From Octopus vulgaris (Eukaryota), in contig OX597814.1 in NCBI GenBank assembly GCA_951406725.2, positions 99,448,001 through 99,512,000 on the forward strand: 64,000 nt of DNA. Reading direction: 5' to 3'. Position numbers and translations under genes: made by a program. The notes beneath the pieces were generated by a model. It searched no databases. It saw only the letters and a list, made by a program, of their open reading frames with translations, and was not told the DNA's origin. Positions 26,881 through 40,921 of this stretch are shown here, one piece after another (position 1 is the first letter of the stretch; each line of letters opens with the position of its first letter).

Positions 26881-27780
26881 CTTTTCTTTATTATTGCTAC
26901 AAGGGCAATATATAAGGGGACATTACAAAAACAAGTTTGACAGTGGGTAGAAGTTTTGCAGAACTAGGAAAGAAAAGAGTAGTTATGAATAAACAACAGT
27001 ACAAAAGAAATTAAGAACAACTCTTCTTAGTTTGCAGACAACTTAGTGAAGGAAGCCCCAAAGATACAGAATTACACTGAATACCAAGTAAGTGCTCCAT
27101 CCAAACCGCGATTTCCTGTCTAATGGTACATGCTTTGGATTACACCCATTCATTTGGACAATTCTCGTCACATTCACTTAGGAGACTTGCATCCTCTAGA
27201 GACATGGTGTCCTGTCTTGCTTCTTTAAGTTGACTTCAGTAAGTTAAAGAGAGTATGACCAAAACGGTGTCTATCCCCAATCGTGTCCGCTAGACATAGA
27301 AAAACGGCCTGCCAATCAAGTCAACAATAATCGAGTACTGAAGAATTGTGCACAGAACGGTTTTACCGCCATGCACACATCGCGGTATAACCCAGCAGCA
27401 AGAAGAAAATCTCTTGACTCAGAAATTCCCTTAAGTAATATGTCCAGGTCGTGTATTTCAGGAATTTTTTTCTTGTACTTTGGTTGAAAATCTTTCGGTA
27501 TAGGCCACCTAATATATTCTCACCGTCGCTACAGTTTTCCTCCAAACGTAGATAGTTTTCTCTACCAGCTTTCATTATAAGAAAGCTAAAACTGAATTTC
27601 ATCAATCTAATGATAGAAGACTATGGGCGCCTGGGTACATTCTAAATGTTAAGCATTATCCTTAAGTTGATCAATGAATACAGTCAAAGAGGTGAGCCGT
27701 AGGAAAACATGCCTGACTTATGGTGACCATTTTCTCACGGTTCAGGATTCTCTGTTGCCTCTGCATTTCATAACAACATA
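26797..27780 (-). mobile_element. Highly decayed 3' fragment of a Tx1/L1-type LINE with an (ATT)n tail
   Basis: ENYLRLEENCSDGENILGGLYRKIF and GHTLFNLLK-like segments resemble Tx1 ORF2 C-termini; the trinucleotide tract abuts the 3' end. Confidence 0.45.
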
Positions 27781-28499
27781 GAAGGTGTTAACAGCAATTG
27801 GACTGTTTGGCAAGTGTTACACGTCTCTTAATCACAAGAAGCAAAAGAACAGACTTTCGAATATGGTCAAACGTAAACTAGGTTAAGACGCACTCAGGCA
27901 TATACGTCGTAATATACGACGAAAGCTTTGTTTGCGTACGGCATTTAAGCCCAATCATTCAGAGATATCTCCCTCTCAGCTCGTTTCCGGGTGAAACTAG
28001 CCGTACTGCCCATCATTTCATCATTATTTGAAATCACTTCAAGATCTGGATCAAATCAGACCCAAGCAACTATACAGGATGTCGGTCCAGCACCTGACAC
28101 GCCTCTTTTTACTTAAGATGGCTAAAATAAATCGTTCTTCCTGACCCAAAATGTGTGCAAAACATGTCTGCTATTTCTGTACTGAAATTGACGATGATAG
28201 CGTTGCTACTGCGACATTTTGTTTCATTTAGATTATGTTTCCAGCACTATTTTATTTGTTTATATTAGACAATTGTTAATATGAATGTTTACGCTTGAAG
28301 CTCTGTCTGTATATTTGATTTAGTGTCGTTTATTTTTTCTAATTCTCTTTCTTCGTTTGAATACAATTTAGAGATAAGCTTTTTGAGTTACTGTGACAGC
28401 CATTGTGGTTAGAACGAGTCATCATTCAAAGCATCTGTTTTGCTAAGATATATAAATCTGTTAAAATTTCTAAAATAAAATATTCGAGTAAAATCTTAG

Positions 28500-28910
28500 T
28501 GACCAGTTACTCCATCCTCAGAGTAAGGTAGAACGAATATACATTCCCATAAAAGAATGACGTAGAAGCCTGCTGAGTATAACTGAATGTGTTGAGAGTA
28601 ATAAAGAGAACATGGCCAAGTATATCAGAATATCCAGTGAGACTGGTAAGTGTAGTCATGCAAGAAGGCTTACTAAGAAACATGGAAACGATAAGTAATG
28701 ATTTGAAAAATATGTGGAAGGAACAAAAGGTTTCAAGGAAATATTATAAGGAATACAGAAGAAATATGAATCATTGGTTCATAAAAGTACCACAAAAAGG
28801 TTTTTTTGAAGAAAGAAAAAAAGGTTGATATTTGCATCCCAGGACCAAGCTCTCCGTACAAATTAGGAGAATAAAAATAGCATAAACCAAGATGTATCAA
28901 AAACCTGTGA
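28500..28910 (+). mobile_element. R4/Dong-clade C-terminal fragment
   Basis: VERIYIPIKE*RRSLLSITECVE (cf. RLYLPRxxGGRGL) and LIFASQDQALRTN motifs. Confidence 0.7.
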
Positions 28911-29093
28911 ATTAATCTATATGAAGGACCTCTCTACTTCTCTTCCATCTCATCAATATCATTTGTGTATGATTTTCCTGGATTGATAACTGTCTACGCC
29001 GAATCCCTATGAATTTTACCCTTGAGACTTTTTTGCTTGGTCTTGCCTTCCTTAACGATATGCTAAAAATGATTTCATGCTCTCATACATATA

Positions 29094-29129
<36 letters not shown>

Positions 29130-29334
29130 TGTATGTATGTATCTATGTATCTATGTATGTATGTATTGTATATCAGATCGTGGGTAAGGCCAAAACAACG
29201 CGAAGTAAATGCAAAGTAAATCACAAGATAACAAGTATGTGAATTAATACAGACTTATCTTGTATTCAATATTTCGGTGTTATGACTCCATCTTCAAGAG
29301 TAAAGTAAAGTTCGTAGCCACTTCAACAGATTTC

Positions 29335-29486
29335 GAACAGACTTTACTGCAATTTCTTAACCTCAGGCGGATATCTCCTCTAGCTGTCTAACGATGTACA
29401 GCTGGATCCAATATATTGCGAGCAGGGGAGCGAATCCCAACCACCTTCTAGGGACGGGACCAGCAGACCATCCGGGTTTCGGGCTA
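29335..29486 (-). mobile_element. Family X HHR-bearing element, copy 2 (truncated within the HHR)
   Basis: Near-colinear with 13415-13566; retains cccGAAAC...GUC-ugcugg. Confidence 0.7.
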
Positions 29487-29659
29487 TACACACCTCACAC
29501 ACACACACACACACACGTACATACATATATATATACGCAAACACTCACACGGACATATGTATTTATTTATATATACATATAAAGTACACACATTTCCACG
29601 CGCACGGGCACACACACACATACACCTATGTGTGTGTACTAACGAAGGTTAGCAAAATA

Positions 29660-29850
29660 TATCCTTTCTTAGTTGGGGCAAAGCCGTCAAATTTGAGTGA
29701 AAGAGGAAGCCGTTTCCAGCTGGTGCACTTTTTATCAAACCCTAAACGATGTGAATGAAAGTGGACCTCTGTTTCATTAGAACCTAGAAAGTCAGGAGTC
29801 CGAAGAAATGTTTTACGACGCCCTACCGATTCTACCGGATCATCCCCTCT
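29660..29850 (-). mobile_element. SINE family B, very diverged
   Basis: ctggtgcactttttatc...gaaagtggacctc...ctaccgattctacc. Confidence 0.45.
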
Positions 29851-30244
29851 CATAATTACGATTATCTATATGTGTGTATGTGTGTGTGTGTGTATGTGTG
29901 TATGTTTGTGTTTGTTTGTTTGTTTGTTTGTGTGTGTGTGTGTTTGTATGTATGTGTGTGTCCGGAAGGCGAGTCGAGAAAGAACCCAAGTCGAGCTGTC
30001 TTGATGAAGCAACGGATATTGCCAAAATTCGCGCGTCAGTATTAAGAATTCCCGATCGGCACTTTTCGGACGATTATGGTCCATGTTAGTGTACATGTTT
30101 CAGTCACGTGCGTTAACTACAGTATAAGAGCGTTTTAGCTCTTATTTCTAGCAATGTAGTTGTTGTCTAATACCCTAGTCGCATTTAGTGACATTTATAA
30201 TTCTCCTTTTGGGTGAAACAATGCAAACTGCTGTGCATATTAAT

Positions 30245-30337
<93 letters not shown>

Positions 30338-30451
30338 CATAGATATGCATAAGTGTGTATGTGTGTATGAATGTATATACACACACATGCAGCCGCATAC
30401 TTGCAAACACATGTAAACAAACACGTACACACACACACACACACACACACA

Positions 30452-31982
30452 TGAGAGCGTTGTCAAGAACAATAGGGTTTAAAGAGGAGTAGTAGTTCTG
30501 TATATCGACTTTTATGAATTTTTGGTTACATCTATTTTCTGTCTGTATATTGGAGAACCAATCTAGTGCACCTTGGGTGTTACTCCGTAGTTCTAGTTTA
30601 ACTTTAATTTTTATCTAAAATTACTTTATTATGTCAGATTTGTTAGGCCACATTAATCTAACCTGCGTTTTATTTAGGAAGTTTTCCTTGTGGTCCTTAA
30701 TTGTTATTCGGGGTGTAATTGGAGTAAATGGCTCTGTCTTATCTCCTAAATTAAAATCCAAAATTATATTTCTGGTTTCTAGGTTTATCTTCTTTAATGT
30801 GCTACTAGGGACTACCTTATACTTTTTGTGATTTCTCTATGGATGAGTTCGTGGTATATGTTGGGGTCGATATTGTAAATGTTTCTAGTTTTGTCTGAAT
30901 GCGTTAACATTCCATTTTTGGTATCTAGGATTCGTATCAGGTCTTTCAACTTTCTCTAGTACGGGTTGTGTCTGAGGGGGTGGTTCTTGAACTTGTTCAA
31001 AGTTATCTAGGTGCTTGTTAGTTGTGGTGCTTTTCTGGATTTAAATGTATGCTTGGTAAGTTCCATTATTTCAGTGTTAGAGTTATTGTGACCGTAGCGG
31101 GTGCTTGAGTCCAGCTGGGATAGTTTCCTTTCGTGGTGATACAGCTTCCATCGAATTTTATGAATGAATTCCTTTATTCTAAAAATTAGTTGTTTGAGAT
31201 ATGAGTCCTTATGTGGAATCGAGATGTCCTTCAGTGATGAGTCCTTCTTTGTCAGCTCCATTTTTCCAGCAGTATTCATCTTGAGGGTCTGTTATACTAT
31301 ATCCGTGTGTACTCACGTCCACAACCAGTGTTATAAACAGTGGAGAGACAGTCAAGCAATAAAAATCCCTCTATCAAGTATTAATTTATTTCCGTGAGAG
31401 TTAGAGCTTGGGAAGCCAACCAACTAAGGGATAGTACCTATCCAATAGACTGCTGGTAGTATATCCAATTATTAATACCCAAGTGCTGGTTATTGCGAGG
31501 CAATTTCGCAATCGAGTGTCATATATGGGAGGGGGTAAAACGTGGTTTACCCTTAATTTATACCGCAAAAAAGAAAATGGAGGGGATACAAAAATAACAT
31601 ACATCAGCCGGTAGAATTCTATTATGTCTATTTATTCTAAAACAAAAGGAAGTATTATAAGAATACATACACATGCAAAGACTGTGTGTTACACACATGT
31701 ACTAGTAATACATAAAAGAGTAAAAGATCAGTTCCTTACGGCCGTTTCTGCCAAGAGGCCACGATATCATCCATGCTATCTCCATCTCGTCAGTGTTCTG
31801 TAGGGATGGGTAGATAAAGTGTGGATGTTGAGTGTGCCTCTAGGCTTCTTCAGAGGGTCTAAATGGTTAGGAGAGCCAATACATACAAGAATCAGTTACC
31901 AATAGGTATAGTATATTTTTCTTATTGAAGAGGGCGTAAGAAGAATAGGAGCAAAGCTTAGTGTGAGCGGAGTACAACTTAG

Positions 31983-31986
<4 letters not shown>
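30452..31986 (-). mobile_element. Naiad-like Penelope element: pseudo-LTR plus 5' part of the ORF up to RT motif A
   Basis: SLKDISIPHKDSYLKQLI..FIHKIRWK, SDKTRNIY, RITIKDHKENF, FIKVDIQNYYSSL; the upstream repeat holds ORF C-terminal residues (LFNKKN) and an HHR-like core. Confidence 0.8.
31732..31797 (-). ncRNA. Degenerate hammerhead motif
   Basis: CUGACGA...GAAAC-ggcc-GUA with palindromic stem III ACGGCCGU; stem I does not pair. Confidence 0.4.
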
Positions 31987-32063
<77 letters not shown>

Positions 32064-32962
32064 TAAGTTGTACTCCTCTCACACTCTAAGTTTGTATAAA
32101 TATATGTATTATATGATGTTTATGACTATATACATGAGTGCGTGTATGTGTACATACATACATAAATACACTCACGCAGATATATACATACATAAATGCC
32201 CACACATACATACATACATGCACACATACATATATTAATAAAAATATACAAATGTTTTGAGTTGTTTTTCCTGATTGCATCACCAAACTACTCTGTCACC
32301 GTCCCTGTTTCTCTTACTCTGTGTGCGTGTATGTACACACACACACACAGCCACACGCACACACACGCATAAATATATATATATATATATATATAAGTAT
32401 GTTAGCAAGCAACTATATGTGTATGCGCATGTGGTTTGTGTACCCTCGTCTATGTTTACAATGTAATAATACATTTAACAATTTTAATATTAACAATATA
32501 ACAATATTAATCACAATTTCTATTCATCAATTAGAACAATACTGAATGGATTTATTTTCCGTACTCGACGAATCTGAAAACGATTATTAGCCTTTTCATC
32601 TTACACTGATTAAAAAAAGAAAACTATCATTAAAAATATATATTGAATAAATATGTAAGTTGAAACGATAAATTTCTTATTGATTTCTGAACGAGATTTT
32701 CTAATGATGACCACGTTATTATTATATTGCGAGTAGTGTCTGAGATATTAATGTTATTCAGTAAACAGTATTATCGCTTACATCCAAATAGTATTAGACA
32801 TTTACTTGTTAACAATACTGTTTTCAATAGGAAATTTTTAAAACATACATAACACGTATGCGTACATGCACGCGTAGATAAACTCTCACACACCACATAT
32901 ACTTGTATGTATTTATGTATCGCTGCTGTAAGCTTACATTCATAAATACATACATACGTACA

Positions 32963-33019
<57 letters not shown>

Positions 33020-33066
33020 TATATACAAATATATATATACATATATACATATATATATATACATAT

Positions 33067-33115
<49 letters not shown>

Positions 33116-33130
33116 TACATATATATATAC

Positions 33131-33203
<73 letters not shown>

Positions 33204-34048
33204 GAATGGTTGTATACTGTCAATTTAACATGACAGTAGGGGATTACACCACCGCTGTTTAGCCCTAGGAAGCATCGACGCTTCCTGTCGGCTTCGACAC
33301 ATTTCCTGTGTCCTTATATATCTACGAAGGGGAGACAAATACCCACAACAGCTATATATATATATATAATATATACTCACATACACACATACATATATGT
33401 ATATATACATATACACATATGTGTGTGTGTGTGTGTGTGAAAGCTGTTGCTGTAGAATTTCTAGAAAGCTGTGTAATAAAAATCAAGTGAATGCACCGTA
33501 ACCAAACGGTTATGAAATTTGCTTTGCAATCACGAGTTCTCAGTTTCGTTCGCATTGGTTGATATTTTCAGCATTTCCTTTGTGCGGTTGTACTGGTTGG
33601 AAACCAAGCCTTGAGAGTGAAAATGGGTTGGCATAAAATACGCCTAAACCCAGCGAATAGATTCTACCTATATGTTAACATTGTATTTTCGTTGAGCTAA
33701 TTCTTAGTCATGTAACTCAACATGTGACTGCTTTAATGCTCCCATACTGGGACACTAATTTAATGTGCAACTGATCTTTAAAGTCGATATTTGTGCAACT
33801 GAACTTCAGTTGATTAAGCAACTGAATTTTCAAAGTCGAAACCGACTGAGATCCATATACTTATGCGAGCTTCTGCTGGTAGTCAGATGGACGTGATTAA
33901 TGCTGCAAGTCGATGTTTGCAGGAAAATACACAGGCAAGAAAGGGATTCGAGAGGGTGTGTACGTTCTTACAAAAATGTTGTGTAACTGTTTCCCACCTG
34001 ACAAATTTTACTCAACTCGAGTGGCGTTGTTAACATGAAGCTATTGAG

Positions 34049-34440
34049 CAGTGTTTCCCAACCTATTTTTCTCCAGGCCCCACTATAATTTTGCAAAAAA
34101 AATGTATGCCCTGCAGTGGTTGGAAAAAGGATATTTTATTTTAAATATTTCCTACTTGGGCATTAGAATAGCACTATATTGTAGCAGGCAGTCTTCACAC
34201 AGTATGCTTAGCTGGAAGGATTCGCTTGGCTAGGCTGTGTATAGGTGTAGTATGTTTGCTGTAGGAAATATATTTTCACAATTCCATGTCCCACTAAAAA
34301 AGGGAAAAACATTTGTATTCCACGTTTCATCAATTTTCCCAGGCTCCATCAGTTTTCCCAGGCTCCATCAGTTTTCCCAGGCTCCATCTGTTTTCCCAGG
34401 CTCCACCGGTGGGGCGTATGCCCTATGTTAGAAATCACTG
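34049..34440. mobile_element. Non-autonomous hAT (Charlie-like) element
   Basis: TIRs cagtgtttcccaac / gttagaaatcactg; imperfect 8-bp TSD ctattgag / ctatagac. Confidence 0.75.
34328..34403. repeat. Minisatellite, 4 x 19 bp (catcagttttcccaggctc)
   Basis: Directly visible inside the hAT element. Confidence 0.9.
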
Positions 34441-35300
34441 CTATAGACTATTCTAGCCTCCGGTTGATCACGATCAAACATTTTCTCAGATATTTGACCA
34501 AGGTGTCGCACAGTAGGATCGAATCCAAAACAACAAGATAATTAAAAAGCGAATTTCTTTACCACATAACCACGACTATTTTATAAAGGGCAATTTTAAT
34601 GGTTGTAATCATATTTGTTCTTGCTATTGATGCGCGTATTATTGTTGTCGATGCATTCAATATTCACGCAGCAGTCTTCAGTTAAAATGAAACTGAAGTT
34701 GGCGTTGGTGTTATTATTGTTGTTGATGATGATGATTATTAATGGTGACAACGATGACGACGACGAGAACGTCGATTAATAGTGATTGTTGTGATCATGA
34801 TGTTAGGTTCAGTTATCTATATATTGCTTTGTTCTTCATCTTTGCATACTTTTTAAAAAATTACAGTATATGTTTAGATAAGCATCTACATTTCTTTTAC
34901 CCTTTACAATGCAATCTGCTACATGGTTGTGGAACCGTATTATTTTCTCTCTATGCACATCCCTATTCATATCTCTTTGTTTAATTGGTATTCAAATGTA
35001 TGCTCCGGTTTAGAAACTGCCATCAAATGGCAATAATCAGACTCATCTCTAATATTGTTATATGAAATAACAAAATAACTGAAACATCGTATCACATTAT
35101 CAGATACCAAATGAAATTTTGTAGTAATTCATCTAACATTCACACAGGAAGTTCAAACCAACAGCAATCGTGTTAAACAACAGTCTTTCACACTAAATTA
35201 CACATCTCATTCCCTTTCAGATATTTACCAGCTTCTATCTGTGCGTATACATACATACATACATACATACATACATACATACATACATACGAATGCGCAG

Positions 35301-35335
<35 letters not shown>

Positions 35336-35336
<1 letters not shown>

Positions 35337-35697
35337 TCTTTTATCCTTTTACTTGTTTCACCGCTTCTCGTCGAACAAATCGACCCCAGGACTTACTCAT
35401 TCTGAGTCATGTACTTAATCTATCGATCCCTTTTGCCGAACCGCTAAGTTACGGAGATGTTAACATACCAACATCGGCTGTCAAGCGATGGTGAGGGGAC
35501 AAACACAGACACACACACAAATAAGCACACACACACGCATGATGGGCTTTTTTCAGTTTCCGTCTACCAAATCCACTCACAAGTCTTTGGTCGGCCTAAG
35601 CTATACTAGAATGCACTTGCATAAGGTGCCACGCAGTGGGTCTGAACCCGGTACCGTGTGGTTGGGAAGCAAGATTCTTATCCAGCCACGCCTATCT
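35336..35697 (-). mobile_element. SINE family A
   Basis: Matches 17285-17718. Confidence 0.88.
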
Positions 35698-36016
35698 GTA
35701 TATAATAATCATAAGCTATAAGTCTATAAGCGTTCGTCGTATATCGGTTATAGAAAATAGTCTAATATTGGGGTATATAAGCCCAGGACGGAAAAAGTGT
35801 GTTATTAAGCGTGGTGATCGAACCCACACCTCTTATTTTTCGATACGTTTGTTGACTGATTATCGGGAAAATAAGAAGTGTGGGTAAGACGGTGAATGCT
35901 TTTAATTATTACAGAATTTTCATTCCTCACCGTTTCTTAATTTAACACATTTGTGTGTGTGTGTGTGTGTGCATACGTGTGCTGTGAGTGTGTTTGTGTG
36001 AGTGTATGTGTGTTTC

Positions 36017-36054
<38 letters not shown>

Positions 36055-36554
36055 TATGGTGTATGTGTGTGTGTTTGTGTGATTCACTGTATGTTTAGTT
36101 CTTGCATTTGTTTTCGCTCATACAACATACACCCACCCACACACAAACACACTTACACACATACACCACACACGGACACATAAACACACAAGCACACACA
36201 TACGCCACACACGCACTCACAAACACACACAAACACAGACACAAACAAGACTTATAGAAAAAACGACCTATAGAAGACTTATAGAAGCTTTTCATAATTT
36301 TCCAATTAAACCAACGAGAGTACTGGATCTCCAGCACTATTTTGAATACCAAGTCTAGTAACTTCTCCACTTCTATTATTTTTTATATTTTTTATATTTT
36401 TAATTTTTTTTGCCAACAGACATAGTTACTAAGATGTCGTTTTGATAGCAGTGTTACATGCTCAGATAACTCACGTACTCACGTTAATTGAGGCAAGAAT
36501 CTCCGGAGCGTGCACTGTCGTGCACATTTTTGACAACTATTTGATGTGTTTATA

Positions 36555-37459
36555 TCTATATATATAAAAGTGAAGTTGTGTGAGTGTCTGTCTCCTACGA
36601 TTTAGATTCCTAACTACTCCCACATTTTGCGGTGCAGTTTAACCAAATTCGGGTATCTTATAGTCGTGATTCATATCGAACCCGTCTGGGTATTAGCGCG
36701 TCTACGATGAGTCTACGATTTTAAAAATAATTTAACATCATTTTTTTCCATTTCTTCCAATTTTTTCGTGTGTCGATGGCGGCGGAGTTGGCGTCCATGC
36801 TCACACCTGCACCTGTGTAGCTCCTCCCCTTCTTCCCTCCCTCGTGAAGCTGTGGGGAAGGCAGGGTAGGGAAATCAACGTCGTAAAGCGTTGTCAAGGA
36901 GACCAGCGTTATTTTAGAACAACGACTTCATGGCTTGAAGTCGCCAAAACAGAAATCGCTAAAAAAACTGAAACAGATCCGCAAAAACGGCAAAAATTGC
37001 CACGCAGGGCAGGTTTCCTGTGCAAACAATTTGCACAACCGAATGTTTTAGTCGTTGCACAAATCTTTATATATAAAAGTGAAGTTGTGTGTCTGTCTCC
37101 TACAATTTAGATTCCTAACTACTCCCACATTTTGCGGTGCAGTTTAACCAAAACCGGGTATCTTATAGTCGTGATTCATATCGAGCCCTTCTGGGTATTA
37201 GCGTGCGTCTACGATGAGTCTACGATTAAAAAAAAAAATTACCATCATTTTTCCATTTTAATGCATTTTTCGCTATTATATAAGGGAAGTAACTCTCTAA
37301 AAATATCTACGATGAGTCAACGATTAAAAAAAAAAATTACCATCATTTTTTATTCCATTTTTAATGCATCTTTTTGCTATTTTTTTGCTATAACTCACTA
37401 AAAATGCTTATATAGTTATTTCCCTTACAAACCCGAGCAACGCCGGGCGATACTGCTAG
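36555..37459 (+). mobile_element. Compound non-autonomous Helitron (two 5' ends, one 3' end)
   Basis: A|TC starts at 36555 and 37064 sharing ~190 bp; 3' hairpin cccgagcaacgccggg and CTAG|T at 37456-37460; no TSD. Confidence 0.85.
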
Positions 37460-37802
37460 TCATTTATATTGTATTCTCTTAAGATCATACTACAGAATAG
37501 CATTATTGAATTCGGGCTACGGGCTATCTTTCTGGATCCGGATGATAAGTTGATAGTACTGTGTGTGAACAGCATTGACTACTGAATAGAGTAGTGACTG
37601 TTCGTGATTTAACTGATTCATATTTCGGATGTCAAATTAGTTTGTTAGAATAGCGTCACTCTTTAACATCAGTATATGATTGAAATCATATTTTAGACGT
37701 ACAGTGGGATTGTGTGAGGTTTGTCCATATAAAGAGGTGAACAGCAATTACCCAAAATCTGCTCAACCGCTTTCAAATATCTGGACTGATACATAAATAA
37801 AT

Positions 37803-37893
<91 letters not shown>

Positions 37894-38700
37894 CATATAT
37901 ATGCATATGCATATATACGTATATACGTACATACATACATATATATATATTTGCACGCACATACACACATGAAGTGACTGAGATAGAGAGAAGGTAGAGA
38001 GAGAGGGGGGTGATGTTTCAATGAGTCAACAACACTCTTCTCTTCAGTATGTTGGGTATTTTGTTTCCTTTTTGCCTGCATAATTCAGGAACCTATATAC
38101 ATGAAACCTATATACATGAAAGCATAAAAATGCCAGTAATGCTTTCTGCGTTTCTATTCACGATCATGTGCTTAGAATGTCTTATTTGATGAAAAATCTC
38201 TTTTAACAAACTAAGAAATAACTTAGGCAAGTCGTACTGTCATTTAAGAACAAGTTTAAAATGCCTTAAAATCAAAACAAGTGTAATAAAAGACAAATTT
38301 CAACCTCAAAATGAAGTGAAAATAGAAAATGTCCCATCTTAAATCCCGCTATTAATGCAAATAGATTCCACATCATTTATGCTATCACTACTACTCCAGG
38401 AAACTCCAAATAGTATTCAATTTTACATTATTCTTATATCTGGTCCCAAAACTGTAAGGCAAAATATAACATAACTATTAAAATACTGGCATTGAGCACT
38501 GCGAAATCACTGCTACTTAGAGTGGCCTTTAAGTACCAAAATTGGTGACTGGCCTGGACAAATCGTCGTCACAATTGCTGTGTACATATACATAGGTTTA
38601 AGCATTATTAATCTCAGTACACACATAAAATCACACGTTATATGTTGGGGTTTCATATACCAACATATAACTCCACATACAAGCATGAACAGACACTCAC

Positions 38701-38724
38701 ACATATGAATTTGAATTACAGGGT
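38701..38724 (-). other. Candidate 24-nt microexon (phase 1: xPVIQIHM)
   Basis: Acceptor ccttttttctcAG, donor GTGAGT. Confidence 0.3.
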
Positions 38725-38982
38725 CTGAGAAAAAGGTTTGTACACGCGTGTGTTGATTGTAAAGATGGAATATATCACTTGATGAAATTATGGTTCCCTC
38801 AACATTTTTTCTGGCACGTGACCACTACTGCTGCTGGGTATAAAGTGACAAGAACGGGACAGATGCTGGTGAGGCAACAAAGACAGAAGAGAAATTTATT
38901 AGGCTATATCAATAAGCTGGAAGGAATGGAATGAATTCCTCGTTAAAAAGTGATTAAACTTCAATACTTCATTGACTCTAAC

Positions 38983-39057
38983 TGATATAAAATTTCGGAG
39001 ATTCATTCAATAATGTCAATTTAAGTTTGTGTAAATCTGGACAATTCTTTCGACAAT
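38983..39057 (-). other. Candidate 75-nt cassette exon (phase 1: xCRKNCPDLHKLKLTLLNESPKFYI)
   Basis: Branch-point-like CTAAC, pyrimidine tract and ctAG acceptor; weaker donor GTTAGA. Confidence 0.28.
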
Positions 39058-40218
39058 CTAGCAATAAAACGAGAACAAACCGAATGAAAGAATGAGTTAG
39101 AACAAGCACGCACGCGTATAAGCAGTGACTCTGACGAATGCATTTACGCTTACGTAGCAAATGACAAACATACAGGCACACATAGTCAGACTTGTTCAAT
39201 TGTGTAGAAACGTCATCCTTTTCGCATAAAGTTATAAAACAAAATGGAAGTATTTAAAACGAAGGCCAGACAAAAGCGCAGATGACTGAAGAAAAGATAT
39301 AAAACGAAAAAAAGCATGAAATATAACTACAATGAACACGCGTGCGCACCCACAGAAACACACACACACACACACACACACTATTGAATGATATACATGA
39401 ACACATACATTCATCAAGCACGAACTAGCATATATACAAATAATCTTTAAGATGTAAAGTACAGAACTCACAAGTGCAGACATATAACAGCATACACACA
39501 ACTTAAGAATGGAATAAACACGAATACAAAACACATTAAACATGAATACACATTCAGAAACTGAGTCTTAACACGTTCAGAGTCCCAAACCACATACAAC
39601 AGACACATGCACACACATCACACACATACGCACATGGCATTACGCGCACACAGACACACTACACATGCACATATACAAACACTCACACACAACTACACAC
39701 AAGTGATAGCACTACACTACTTTTAAGGCTTACTTATATACAAACGTATGCAAACATACGAAACATTAAATTATAAGCACCGTTATTTTGATGCAATTTA
39801 TATAACGACATAATAAACGGAAGAAGATTTAAACTCATAGACGCTATTTAGCAAACACGAAAGTCCTCAAAATATCGCACATACATACATACGTACATAC
39901 ATATACAAATATATAAATACCAATATATACACAAACTGCGTTAAGACATTAATACACGTGAAAATTACAAAGGTTTTAGTACCACAACGGAACACTTGGG
40001 AAATAGTTGAACCTAACTGTGCAATGTAGTAAAACAATCCGTACTTTTACACTATTATTACGGAGCCCCGCGGTAATTGTTTCAGCTAACAGTACTTGCC
40101 CATTGGGAATTTTCAATAACATGACCACAATTTTACTGCAATACCCTGCAATAGCCACTTGGCTGTAAAACATTAATGTCAATGGCGAAAGTTGATCAGA
40201 GAGAAATAAGTATTTCAC

Positions 40219-40620
40219 AGTAGGCGCAGGAGTGGCTGTGTGGTAAGTAGCTTGCTTACAAAGCACATGGTTCCGCGTTCAGTCCCACTGCGCTGCACCT
40301 TGGGTAAAGTGTCTTCTATTATAACCTCGGGCCGACCAAAGCCTTGTGAGTGGATTTGGTAAACTAAAACAGAAAGAAGCCCGTCGTATATATGTATGTA
40401 TATGTGTGTATGTATTTGTGTGTTTGTTTGTCCCACCAGCATCGCTTGACAACCAATGCTGGTGTGTTTACATCCCGTAACTTAGCGGTTCGGCAAAAGC
40501 GACCGATAAAATAAGTACTAGGCTTACAAAGAATAATTTCTGGGGTCGATTGCTCGACAAAAATTGCGGTGCTCCAGCATGGCCGCAGTCAAATGACTGA
40601 AACAAGTAAAAAAAAAAGAG
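40219..40620 (+). mobile_element. SINE family A, well-preserved full-length copy
   Basis: aggcgcaggagtggctgtgtggtaagtagc...gcagtcaaatgactgaaacaagtaaaa. Confidence 0.9.
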
Positions 40621-40921
40621 AGATACAAGTCAATGATACCTAATCGTCCATCACTTTAGTCTCTTAGTAATATGGGAGTCAAAGTTGTAAAAAAATATAA
40701 TGTATTTCACGTAGAAATGTATTTTATATATAAACGTACAAAGATATATAACCTACAAACAAATGCATCTGAATACCCAGGATAGCGGTCAATAATTTGA
40801 ATGCATGAAAAACACGTACAAGAAGACAAAATGCTCAACACTGTGCAAAACGCAAAAGCACACGCAGTCAATCTAGACACCACGTATATTCATATATTAC
40901 CATGACAAAGAAACAAACGTA

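Noticed and set aside
34328-34403. Regular direct repeats (CRISPR-like at a glance)
   Set aside because: No spacers, eukaryotic context; a minisatellite inside a hAT element.
36483-36527. Possible first exon MCTTVHAPEILASIN with tandem GTGAGT donors
   Set aside because: No supporting promoter or strong acceptor and no recognisable homology; too weak to call.
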